Part shown: piece by piece, positions 32,700-43,067 of the stretch
How the letters are laid out: every line of letters starts with the position of its first letter
Numbering within the stretch: the first letter of the stretch is position 1
Assembly (NCBI GenBank): GCA_963555755.3
Contig: OY820905.2
Coordinates: forward strand, 4,320,001 to 4,384,000
DNA: 64,000 bases
Direction of reading: 5' to 3'
Source of the DNA: Nitrospirales bacterium
Lineage (GTDB): Bacteria; Nitrospirota; Nitrospiria; Nitrospirales; UBA8639
Notes under the pieces: model-generated
Seen by the model: only the letters and a program-made list of their open reading frames with translations
Databases searched by the model: none
Told to the model about the DNA's origin: nothing
Program-made: the position numbers and the translations under genes

Positions 32700-33207
32700 T
32701 TAGATATGTGGGAGTTGAAAGGACGATAGTTGTTTTGTCAAATACGCAGTGACGTGGCTGGGCTCGATTTGGGCTACTTCTCCTGTTCGTCGATCCTTGA
32801 TCTCGATAATCCCCCTGGCGAGCCCTCTGTCTCCAATGGTGACGTGGTAGGGTGCCCCGATCAGGTCCGCATCATTAAATTTCACTCCGGCGCGTTCGTC
32901 GCGATCGTCCCATAAGACTTCTATCCCTGCTTCTGTTAATGCCTGATAGAGTGACTGGGTGGTCTCCTGAACTTTTTCAGAAGCCGTGACTGGGAGAAGA
33001 TGAACGTGAAACGGGGCTATCGGGGCAGGCCAGATCATCCCTTTGGCATCGTGATTTTGTTCAATAGAGGCTGCAGCCGTGCGGCTGACCCCAATCCCAT
33101 AGCATCCCATAATGGGTAAGGTTTCTTTACCCTGCTCATCGAGGAAGGTGGCTCCCATGGCTTGGCTGTATTTAATGCCGAGAAGGAAGACATGGCCGAC
33201 TTCAATG
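32700..33207 (-). pseudogene. proS: Duplicated 3' end of proS (direct repeat of 53495-54002)
   Basis: 508 bp near-identical to the proS 3' end (offset 20795). Differences cluster in the last codons (YLTKQ...PHI vs YLAEQ...PNI). Confidence 0.95.
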
Positions 33208-33400
33208 AGAGGTGGTCCCAGGAATCGGACAGGGTTTTAGGCTACAATTGATGACTAAAGGAGGGTCATGGATTATGAGTCGAACCCGAAAGAATTATCC
33301 TGCCAATTTTAAGACCAAGGTTGCGTTGTCCGTGCTCCGAGAGGATGCGCCGATATCGGATCTGGCTTTAAAATATGGCGTGCATGCCACCATCATTTCG
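33206..33400 (+). mobile_element. IS3-family left end and truncated OrfA
   Basis: TG-initiated end TGAGAGGTGGTCCCAGGAATCGGACA, RBS, then MSRTRKNYPANFKTKVAL...LALKYGVHAT; truncated. Confidence 0.7.
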
Positions 33401-34114
33401 AGGGCTTCAACAATTATTGTCGATTTAGTTGGTCTTCCTCAGATAATTACAGTCACCAAAAGACTAATAACCTCTTAGTCAGATCCCCCCTCTTGTTGGT
33501 TTTATCAGGATATTCATTCAGAAAGCATAGGTTTGCTAGTATACTAATTGACGTATGGGTGTCCTTATTTTCCAACAAAGGCGATCGAGACAGGAAGTAC
33601 TATGCCGAATGCACCCAACCCTGGGGTTTTTCATGTAAGTTGTGCATGAATCCATTCGTTTTTAATCAACGGCCGAAAAATCGATGTGAACCCAATCGAA
33701 CTACATTGGATCCAGCGGTGACACTATTAGTGTCACCGCAGAGTCTACTTTTTCGTTGAAGTCTAAAGTCGGGTTCATTTATTACCGAATACAACACTAT
33801 TAGGAATGATTTCCTTATAAAATCCTGTTGTATTTTGAAGAGTTGTAATTTGGGGTAGGCAGTCCAGACAATTCCCATAGCGGGCGATACTTTCATAATT
33901 GTCCTGTAATCCTTTTCTAAGGGGAAGTGCTGTTTGATTTCTAAGAATCCATTTGGAAACAGGTGATTCCTGGAGATTGTCCAGATTACCAGAAAGAAGC
34001 CACGTCCTGGGGTTAACAGAAGAAATGGTGAAAGGTGGCCTTTCCGGGTTGAAACGGGATAAGTTTTGAGTGGGGTAGTACCCTGGCATCATTAACTTTG
34101 GGAAGAAAGAACGC

Positions 34115-35293
34115 ATGAAGATTTTAGTGCTGAACTACGAATTCCCACCTCTAGGCGGTGGTGCATCTCCGGTCGGATATGAGATTTCCAAGCGGTATAT
34201 CGAGCGGGGCCACCAGGTTGATGTCGTGACCATGGGTTTCAGTGCACTGCCGAGTTTTGAGAATGTAGAGGGAATGAATGTCTATAGGGTTTGGTCTTTG
34301 CGACGGAAAAAAGAGATTTGCCAACCATACGAAATGCTTTCCTTCGTTCTCTCAGCAATTCGTTTCCTTTCCAATCGTCTTAAAACAGTTTCATATGACG
34401 TCTGCCACACTCATTTCATCATACCGACAGGTCTTGTGGCTTTGTATTTGCGCAAGAAATTTGGTCTTCCATACATCGTGTCCGTGCATGGGAGTGATGT
34501 GCCTGGATACAACCCTGATCGTTTTAATTTTTTTCACAAGTTCACTGCACCAATTATCAGAAAAGTCTGCCACAATGCCGCCACCATTGTTCCTTTGTCA
34601 AAGTACCTGGAGACATTGATTTATCCCCAACTAAATGGAGAGGCGGACGGGAAAATACAAAAAATCCCAAATGGCATTGATCCAGAAAAATTCCCTCCTG
34701 GTGAGAAGAAACCCATTCTTTTAGCCACCGGGCGGCTTCTTCCTCGGAAAGGGTTTCAATACTTGATTCAGGCTCTTTCAGATGAAGATTGTGGTTGTGA
34801 GATTCACATCTGTGGAGATGGGCCAATGCTATCGCATCTCAAATCGCTTGCAAAAAAATCTAAGACGAAAGTGATGTTGCACGGTTGGGTCAATAATCGT
34901 TCGGAATTCTATAGGGACTTGTTGGGCTCAGCTGCCATTTATGTCCTGGTCTCTAAAAATGAAAATGCGAGTGTGGCCTTGTTAGAGGGAATGAGTGCAG
35001 GTTGTGCAGTGGTGACCTCTAATGTTTCGGGTTGCCCAGAAACGATAGGGGATGCGGGAATCCAGGTTGTGCCGGAAAGACCTTCTGAATTACGACAAGC
35101 GCTGCTTACCTTGATCCAAAATGAAGATGTTCGGAGAAAATATCAGCACCTGGCTCGACAACGGGTTCTGAATGAATTTAATTGGGAGACCATAGTCTCC
35201 CGTTATGAAACGTTACTTAATAAATCGATGAAGGCGACCAGTATAAACCCAAACAGAAACACTTTAGAGTCATTGGCACAAAACTCGCAATAG
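34115..35293 (+). CDS. Glycosyltransferase family 4
   Basis: MKILVLNYEFPPLGGG, HGSDVPG, IPNGID, GRL..RKG, E...VALLEGM. Confidence 0.93.
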   Translation: MKILVLNYEFPPLGGGASPVGYEISKRYIERGHQVDVVTMGFSALPSFENVEGMNVYRVWSLRRKKEICQPYEMLSFVLSAIRFLSNRLKTVSYDVCHTHFIIPTGLVALYLRKKFGLPYIVSVHGSDVPGYNPDRFNFFHKFTAPIIRKVCHNAATIVPLSKYLETLIYPQLNGEADGKIQKIPNGIDPEKFPPGEKKPILLATGRLLPRKGFQYLIQALSDEDCGCEIHICGDGPMLSHLKSLAKKSKTKVMLHGWVNNRSEFYRDLLGSAAIYVLVSKNENASVALLEGMSAGCAVVTSNVSGCPETIGDAGIQVVPERPSELRQALLTLIQNEDVRRKYQHLARQRVLNEFNWETIVSRYETLLNKSMKATSINPNRNTLESLAQNSQ

Positions 35294-35378
35294 TATTCCG
35301 TACGAAAATAATTTAGTGGAGGTCAGGCTCGTCTGACCCACTTCAAGGTAACGTGCAGCTTAAAAAAAGTGGTATACT

Positions 35379-36170
35379 ATGAAATCCTTGAATATGAAGA
35401 TTCTGGAGCGCCACCAGCTGATCGAAGAAGTGATCGGGATGGTGCTAAGTATCTCGCCCACTTGTCTCCCCTTCTCGTCGCCTAAGGAGACGATAAGCCG
35501 CCTCTCACGGACATGGAACGCTGCCGATTTCCGCCTTCGCCTCCCGTTCCGCCGTCTCGAAGAACTGGTCGCCGGGCAAGCACTAGCGGTAACGATCCCA
35601 GACCTATATTCGGTTCAGGCTTCCCTGCCGCCCTATGAGAAGCTGATCCTGGCGTCGCTCGTCTCGATGCTGCAGCCGCGCAACATCCTTGAGATCGGTA
35701 CATTCGACGGAGCGACCGCCCTGCTCATGGCGGCCAACTCGCCCGGTGCGACAATTTATACCTTGGACCTGCCGGAAGATGCACCCGAATACACCGGGCC
35801 GGTCACCGAGGCCGATTTCGATCATATCACGAACCGGAGAGTTGGCCATGTGTACCAAGGCACCCCACAGGCGGAGCGGATCGTGCAGCTGTTTGGAGAC
35901 AGCATGACCTTCGATTTCGCCAGCATTGGCGTCACGTTCGATTTCGTATTTATAGATGGGGCGCATACCTACGAGTATGTTTCCTCAGACACAGAACGTG
36001 TCTCACCCTTCCTCTCCGAGTTGGCGTGGATCGTCTGGGATGACTACGACATGTATAATTCTGGAGTCCGGCAGTATCTGAATACACGTAAGGCGAGGGG
36101 ATCGTTTCGCGTGACCAATAGCCGTCTCGTAGTCGAGGATTCCGCAAACCGGTACGGCACTGGGACTTGA
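35379..36170 (+). CDS. Class I SAM-dependent methyltransferase
   Basis: ILEIGTFDG, TLDLP, GDS, FDFVFIDGAHTYE, WDDY. Confidence 0.9.
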   Translation: MKSLNMKILERHQLIEEVIGMVLSISPTCLPFSSPKETISRLSRTWNAADFRLRLPFRRLEELVAGQALAVTIPDLYSVQASLPPYEKLILASLVSMLQPRNILEIGTFDGATALLMAANSPGATIYTLDLPEDAPEYTGPVTEADFDHITNRRVGHVYQGTPQAERIVQLFGDSMTFDFASIGVTFDFVFIDGAHTYEYVSSDTERVSPFLSELAWIVWDDYDMYNSGVRQYLNTRKARGSFRVTNSRLVVEDSANRYGTGT

Positions 36171-36255
36171 ATAAAAGCCAAAGGGGAAAATAGAAATGGG
36201 AGTGTTCCCTGACTGGCATTAAGCTTTATGGTTTTGCGCCACGAGGAGGTTAGTT

Positions 36256-37485
36256 ATGAGGGTCTGTCTTTCCTGTGTCGAGTTTTTTTGTTATGGAAAA
36301 ATTGGAGGGTTTGGCCGGGCAACAAGGACCATTGCAAAAGGATTGGTGAAACGTGGACTCGAAGTGTTTGCTGTTGTCCCTCGACAAGCGGGCCAACCTC
36401 CAATGGAAAAGATAGACGGAATCACTGTGTTGAGTTTTCCCAAATATGAACCTTGGAGGATGTGGGGGCTTTACAAACAAGTCAACGCTGATATTTATCA
36501 TGCGTCGGAACCGTCACTGGCCACCTGGATTGGAATGAAGGCCATGCCAGACCGGAAGCATATTGTCGTCTTTCAAGATGCACGAAATTTCCATGATTGG
36601 ATGAAGGAACTTTCCCTGCCGGCCAAGAGCAAGCTTCAGGTCATTTCCAATTACATGTACGAGCACCACTTTCTGGCACAAATTGCCGTTCGCAAGGCGG
36701 ACGGGGTGTACACGCAGTCAGAAGAACAAACTGAGAAGATCAAAGACGTCTATAAACTTCAAGACGATGTCCTGCCTCTTCATAATCCGGTCACCGTACC
36801 AGCCAGCGTTGAAAAGGCGGCTGTTCCCACGGTTGGTTGGATGAATCGATTTGATCGAATAAAGCGCCCTGAACTATTTTTGGAACTGGCGGTCAAATTC
36901 CCAGAGGTCAAATTTATTGCCGCGGGCTTTTCTAAAGACAAAGAATGGGACCGCTATTTGCGGAACAAATATGGGCATCTTCCGAATCTCGAAATGCCAG
37001 GGTTTATCGACCAGTTCACTGATAGTAAACGGCACTCGGAGATCTTACAACAATCCTGGATCATGGTGAACTCATCGTTGAAGGAAGCGCTTCCAAACAA
37101 TGCGTATTTGGAGTCCCTCGCAAACAAGTGCGCGCTCTTGTCTAATATCCCCCCAGATGTCACGGATTTTTATGCGACGAATTTTGGCTATTGTGGGACC
37201 CAGGATGATCTCTCGGAAGGCCTTCGCTTTCTTCTTGAAAATGACCGTTGGCGGGAACTTGGCGAGAAGGGGTACAGTCATATGCTGGAACAATATCGTA
37301 CCGAGCTCGTTATTGACCAACACCTTCATGTCTATGACATGGCCATGAAGGGGCTTCCCCCGAACGTTGAAGGAGGCCAAATCAAACCACCCAATCACAC
37401 GCACGAATGTGAAGATGGGGCGTTCGCCATCAACGGAGAGTTAGACCGAAACCGCAATCCGAGGTACGAATCGGCATGCAAATGA
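36256..37485 (+). CDS. Glycosyltransferase family 4
   Basis: GKIGGFG N-terminus, RFDRIKRPE, EALPNN.YLES. Confidence 0.85.
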   Translation: MRVCLSCVEFFCYGKIGGFGRATRTIAKGLVKRGLEVFAVVPRQAGQPPMEKIDGITVLSFPKYEPWRMWGLYKQVNADIYHASEPSLATWIGMKAMPDRKHIVVFQDARNFHDWMKELSLPAKSKLQVISNYMYEHHFLAQIAVRKADGVYTQSEEQTEKIKDVYKLQDDVLPLHNPVTVPASVEKAAVPTVGWMNRFDRIKRPELFLELAVKFPEVKFIAAGFSKDKEWDRYLRNKYGHLPNLEMPGFIDQFTDSKRHSEILQQSWIMVNSSLKEALPNNAYLESLANKCALLSNIPPDVTDFYATNFGYCGTQDDLSEGLRFLLENDRWRELGEKGYSHMLEQYRTELVIDQHLHVYDMAMKGLPPNVEGGQIKPPNHTHECEDGAFAINGELDRNRNPRYESACK

Positions 37486-37614
37486 AAGCCGCGATGTGAA
37501 GCTGAAACAAGAGACCGGAGGATCTCGCCAATTATCAGAAGTATCGTACGTTGAAAGTCTTCAGCCGAATTTCTTCACAAATATTTTCCTCTCATAGTCT
37601 TCAGATCATTTGAC

Positions 37615-38616
37615 ATGGATAAAAGACGAATCTTCAGTGTTCTCCTGAAACTTGGATTGACGGGAGTTGTGATAGGTCTTCTGCTCAACTTTGTTGGGTG
37701 GGATAAGGTAATCGGTGGAGTAAAACAGGCAGATCCAATATGGTTGATGGCATTCTTTGGTATCGCTCTGGTAGGTAGATGTATTGAGGCTATCCAAATG
37801 CGTCTGGTACTCACTAAGCTGGAGGTGAAAATCACAATACTTCGGATCTTTCAGGCCAATGCCTTATCCGTGCTCTACTCTCTGGTCGTGCCGGGCGATG
37901 TTGTAGCGAGTGTGGCCAAATGGAGTAATCTTTCGGCTGCGACAGGAAAAAAAACACTCATCCTCAGTGCGATGGTTTACAACCGAATCGCACTGCTCAC
38001 ACCCGTGCTTGCCGTAGGAACCGTAGCGCTGGTGATCGAAAACCCATTTACTGAAAGTACTTATATCGTCGTCGGGGTAATGCTGACCAGCATCCTGATC
38101 ATGTTACTGGCTCTGGGTTTGTTTCATCCGACTCTTAGTGTTTTTGGCTCTAGTGTTCTGCGATGGCTCTGCAAGCCATTTCCTCCCCGGATCCGCGAAA
38201 TGGTCGAGTATGTAATAGTCTCACTCGAGGGTTTCCGTAGATTTGGGGTCAGGGATCATCTGGCGGTATATGGATTGTCTCTGCTGGTGTCATTCACGAG
38301 TGTTACCATTTTAGGCTGTGCGACTCGCGCTATGGGGATCGAACTTTCCCCCTTGGTGTTATTTTGGATCATGGCGATATTGATTGTGGCACGTCAAATT
38401 CCAGCAACTGTGGGCAACCTTGGCGTTCGGGAAGGCCTCTTAATTATGTTGATGGGTCTCTATGGCGTTGAACCGGAACGTGCCTTGGCCGTGGGCTTGA
38501 TACTGTTCAGCGGCATCCTGATGTATGCGCTATTTGGTTTGGCCTACCAAGTAACCTTGAGTCTTGGGTTAGCGAGCTGGCGTCCTCAATTGGCATGTGA
38601 AACACGTGACCATTAG
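37615..38616 (+). CDS. Lysylphosphatidylglycerol synthase TM-domain / flippase-like membrane protein
   Basis: Multi-TM; 'PGDV' and 'IPATVGNLGVRE' motifs. Confidence 0.8.
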   Translation: MDKRRIFSVLLKLGLTGVVIGLLLNFVGWDKVIGGVKQADPIWLMAFFGIALVGRCIEAIQMRLVLTKLEVKITILRIFQANALSVLYSLVVPGDVVASVAKWSNLSAATGKKTLILSAMVYNRIALLTPVLAVGTVALVIENPFTESTYIVVGVMLTSILIMLLALGLFHPTLSVFGSSVLRWLCKPFPPRIREMVEYVIVSLEGFRRFGVRDHLAVYGLSLLVSFTSVTILGCATRAMGIELSPLVLFWIMAILIVARQIPATVGNLGVREGLLIMLMGLYGVEPERALAVGLILFSGILMYALFGLAYQVTLSLGLASWRPQLACETRDH

Positions 38617-38945
38617 CTAGATTATGGCCCTTCACCCCGAATCCTTTGTGAAAAGTACTCACTCTCACGTCTAGGGTTTCTCCTGCCACCTCATCACGTG
38701 CCCACATTACATATGAATGAATTGCTGATCACAGCCAAGGCTACCTTTTAGGTAGGGTTTGGCTATAATCGCCAAAAATTCATGTGTAGGGCCAACACAG
38801 GATGGCCCAAAAGCCCCACCAATGAATTTTTGGCCTAGGCGTCATAAGGAGAGAAGTTCTGAAAACATAACGGAAAATATTATATGTTTTTTGAAGTGCT
38901 GAACCGTGAACCGGGCCTACAAACGGCTAACAACAAGATATCACT

Positions 38946-41900
38946 ATGGAAGAACGCAAAGGAAACGTAAGACACATAATAAACCTCATGGATTTGAGGT
39001 CCACCTACCGGTGGGGCAATGGCATTCGGTTTGGTTCGAACGAACAATCTGCCTTCTCTGTTATCAGCGGAACTGGTTGATTGATCAGGGCTTCTGAACC
39101 GAAGTCGCCCTGGTGTCCTTTTTCGCTTGACTTCTTTTCCGTCTTCTGAGAGACTATCCTCGATGAAGACTGTGGACACCTTACCCAAGACGACCTTTAG
39201 CGGGCGGCGGTTCACCCGCAAGCAGTTGGCGCAGGTCCAAGAAACCGTCCAGCTGTTCCCCCACCTGAGTCGGAAGGAATTGGCCCTCACCGTCTGTGAG
39301 CATCTCAGCTGGACCACGCCGACGGGCCACAACAAGATTCATTCCTGTTTGACCTTGCTGACCGAGCTGGAAGCGCACGGGATCGTGACTCTGCCGGCCA
39401 CGCGCCACAAGCGCGCGCCGGGACACCCCATCCCTGCGTTTCACGAGCCGCCCCCCACCGAGCCACTCACCGACACCCTCGCCGCCGTGGCCCCAATTAC
39501 CCTGCACCGGGTGGTCTCGAAAGAGGAACGCGAGAGCTGGAAAGCCTACCTGCAGACCTATCATTATTTGGGCTATAAACACCCGATCGGGGCCCAGCTG
39601 GGCTATCTGGTGAGATCGGCCGCCCAGCCGTACCCGCTGGGCTGTCTGCTGTTTTCGGCCTCGGCCGCCTGGGCGCTGGCCCCCAGAGATCACTGGATTG
39701 GCTGGGACGTGACGCACCGGAGGAAGCTCCTGCCATTGGTGTTGCGCAATGATCGGTTTTTGATCTTTCCGTGGATTGACGTGCCGAATCTCGCCAGCCA
39801 TGTGCTGGCGCGGGCCACCAAGCAGATCGGGGACGACTGGGTTGAAGTCTACGGTTATCGCCCGGTGCTGATTGAAACGTTCATCGATCCCTCCCGGTTT
39901 GCCGGGACCTGTTATCGAGCGGCCAATTGGCACTTCGTGGGCTACACCGAGGGGCGCGGGCGGTTTGGCTCAACGTCGGACCGTCCACCCACGACAAAAG
40001 AGATTTTTCTCTATCCGCTCCAACCCGACTGGCGCGCGTGCCTGACTGCCGGGCATCGAGCCGTCACGGTGAAGACACGCTATCGCAACGACGTGCGAGC
40101 CAGTCGCACACGGTCCGTCGGGGAAGGGTTTGTCGCCTGGTGGAAACAGGTGGTCCACATCCTCCACGACGTGGCGGCCCAGTACGATGACCAGTGGCGC
40201 GTCCGGAAACGGGTGATCGATTCCCTGATCCTGATGCTGTTGATCTTTCGGTTGGTGTCGTCAACCAACTCCCAAAGTTACGGCACCACCATTGATGACT
40301 TGTGGGACAGTTGCGACAACCTGGCGCTCGCGCTCCCGCAACCCCACAGCATCGCGCCGGCGTCCTTTTGTGTCGCACGTCGCAAACTGGACGAAGCCAT
40401 TTTCCAGTCCGTCAACCGGAACATTCTGGACGCCTATGCCCCACACGACTCCAACGACACTTGGTTGGGCCATCGGGTGTTTGCCGTCGATGGCTCCAAG
40501 CTTACACTGCCCCGCGCGTTGCGGGCGTGTGGCTACCCCTTGCCCTCTGACAATGCACACTATCCTCAAGGGTTGCTGAGTTGCCTCTACCACCTCACGT
40601 CGCAAGTGCCCTGGGATTTCGACCTCGTCGCGCATGGCAACGAGCGACGGTGCGCCCTGCGGCACCTGGCTGTGCTGAAGCCCAACGATGTCGTGGTGTA
40701 CGATCGAGGCTATTTCTCCTACGTCCTGCTGCATCAGCACTGGACCGCCGGGATCCACGCCGTGTTTCGTCTCCAAGACAGCGGGTTCAAGGAGATTCAA
40801 GAGTTTTTTGCCGGCCCGGACACCGACACCACGGTCACCCTCTTCCCCGCCGCACGCACGCAACGAGACATCCGGGCGGTCTATCCTGATCTCGCCATCA
40901 TCCCGTTGAGCCTGCGGCTTCTGAAATATGAGATGGCCGGCAGCCGATTTTGCTTGGGCACCACCCTGGTCGGCCCCCAGCAGCGGTATCCGCTCCAGGA
41001 GTTCATGGATCTCTACCATGCCCGTTGGGGCATCGAGGAACTCTACAAGGTGAGCAAGCGCCTGTTCCTCATCGAGGAGTTTCATGCCAAAACCGAGCGC
41101 GGCGTCAAACAAGAGCTCTTCGCGCATTTCGTCCTGATCACCATGAACCGGCTGTTCGCCAATCGGGCGGACCACGCACTCAATCCCGAAGCCCCCGCAG
41201 CTGAGCCCATGGCCCCTCCCGGATCGTCCATAGTTGGAACCGGCACCGGGGCGAGGCGGACATTCAAGACCAACTTCAAACATTGCCTTCACGTGTTTGC
41301 GCGAAGCTTCGAAGATCTGCTCGTGCTCCATGCTCGGATGCAGACCGCCGTCCAACGGGCCTTCGAGTCCATTGTGAGTCACTACCAACGGGTGAGGCCG
41401 GGCCGATCCTATCCTCGAACATCCATGAAACCGGAGTCCACGTGGCATCCACCCAAAAAGAACAGCCAGTCCAAGAACCCCACAGGGTCGATGGCCTCTA
41501 TCTGAAAGTCCCTTAAGCACATGGAATCCGTTTCTTAAACGAATGAGCCAAATCCTTAAACGAATGCCGCCCATTCCTTAAACGAATGCCATTGACCGGT
41601 GGGGAGGTGGGCCTGACAAAACCATATTAAACTCAGCCAAACAGCATGATCCTGCTATCGTCAAAACGACGGTGGTCTATCTGTGCTCAGATTGGGATAC
41701 TGATTTTTCACTCGGCACTAAGGCCAGGGAAATGGGACTTAATATTGTTGAGATCATTGAACACGGTGCATTTGATAGAAAAGCGTTCTTGGAAGTTGTT
41801 CGCATAGTTCGGGAACAAAAAATTGATATTATTCATTCACGTGACTATAAGACCAACCTGTACGCTCTTCTTATACGTTACTTCTTTCAAAAATCTGTAA

Positions 41901-42210
41901 AAATTGTAACCTTGGCTCATGGGTGGGTTGGAAGCGGGTTTAAGCTGCAGTTTTATTACACCATAGACAAGGTACTTGCCTCTTTTTTTGACCGAAACCT
42001 GCTGCTTTACAAATCACAGCGAGACCTGTTTATTCGAAAGCCAAATCGGGACAAAACAACCATCGTATTCAATGGTATAGACCCCCTAGATTGGTCACGT
42101 AGAAACATCTCGACCGATACCCTAAGGCAAGAGCTAAACATACCCAGCGAGCAGAAAATAATTGGTTTTGTTGGTCGAATAATGCCTGAAAAGGACATTA
42201 TTTCTATGCT
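38946..42210 (+). pseudogene. Glycosyltransferase family 4, interrupted by IS and 3'-truncated
   Basis: MEERKG...LRSTYRWG|GGPDKTIL... rejoins in frame across the IS. HSRDYK and GFVGRIMPEKD are present, then the gene is cut off by AAAGGGGTC repeats. Confidence 0.85.
39017..41594 (+). mobile_element. IS4-family element with DUF4338-DDE fusion transposase (39127-41505), copy 1
   Basis: TIR CAATGGCATTCG; 10-bp TSD ACCGGTGGGG; motifs YHYLG, IETFID..RFAGTCYRAANW, AVDGS, YDRGY, Y..RWGIEE.YK. Confidence 0.93.
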
Positions 42211-42218
42211 AGCGAAAA

Positions 42219-42720
42219 GAAAAGGGGTCAGAAAAGGGGTCAAAAAGAAACAGGAAAAAGGGGTCAAAAAGGGGTCAAATCTTTGGTTGACTAAATAGTG
42301 TCTGAGAGAAAACGCAATCTCTAAGCCAGACGTGGAGTTTCGCAAAAGTATGCTGGTGAATCTTTTGCCTACTTGGGGAACAACCCCTGAAAACAGCGTG
42401 TTTTTCGTGTAGAATGCCGCAACATTCACCCCATCATCTGGAGGATCGAGGCAATGCGGCAACGCTTTGAACGGCAGTTGGAGTTAGGCCAGACCCCGAT
42501 TGAGGAAGTCTTCATTCCCTCCAAGAGTCGGGATGAACTACCGCCGGTGTTACGCGATAAGGGATAAGGGGTCGAATCTTTGGTTGACTAAATAACAAAG
42601 TTGCAAACTCTGCTTTGACCAGAGAAGGTCCGGGAAATCCCCACATTGAGCAACAAGCAGTTGCGGAGGGATGGCTGAGGGTATAAACCGAAACTCTTAA
42701 CCAAAGATTTGACCCCTTTT
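42219..42720. repeat. Cluster of AAAGGGGTC / GGGGTC(A/G)AATCTTTGGTT REP-like repeats
   Basis: Four AAGGGGTC units in 42219-42280; a 29-bp direct repeat at 42269-42297 and 42567-42595; an inverted copy at ~42699-42720. Confidence 0.7.
42298..42560 (+). mobile_element. Transposase 5' remnant (ISNCY/IS5-like)
   Basis: From ATG 42454: MRQRFERQLELGQTPIEEVFIPSKSRDELPPVLR, then truncated. Confidence 0.55.
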
Positions 42721-42721
42721 C

Positions 42722-43067
42722 AATCCTCAACGTGGGCGTTGCTACGCCTGGGGTTTTGCTCCCTCAGATCGACTCAATCTGACCCAAATCTGGGCGCGAA
42801 TTCTGGGAAGGTATTGTTTCGCGAGCCCTCAGATCCCGCCTTCCAGAAATGCCTCGAACTCGTCTTTGACAAACTGAGGCAGCCCCGACCCCGTTTCCTG
42901 TTCGACTTGGGCCAAGAAGGTGTCGACGTGATCTTGGATCACCTGGTAGAGCGTGGTTTCTTCGGGACGGCGGCGTTCGTAGGGAGCCGGGGTGTCATCG
43001 GCTGGAGCCGGGCTCGCGGTCTTGGGGCTCGCGCCACCGCGCGTTGACGGAATCGCTGTCCCAAGGG
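42722..43067. repeat. Duplicate of 52392-52757 (half MITE plus 5' end of IS91-like transposase), with a 20-bp deletion-free colinear match by eye
   Basis: Shadow ORFs 42709..43047 and the end of 52030..52737 are near-identical in translation. Confidence 0.85.

Noticed and set aside
33400..34110. Short ORFs between the IS3 stub and the first glycosyltransferase
   Set aside because: No coherent frame or recognisable motifs on either strand.
40261..41574. 437-aa ORF (and its twin 47967-49280)
   Set aside because: Antisense shadow of the GC-rich IS4 transposase.
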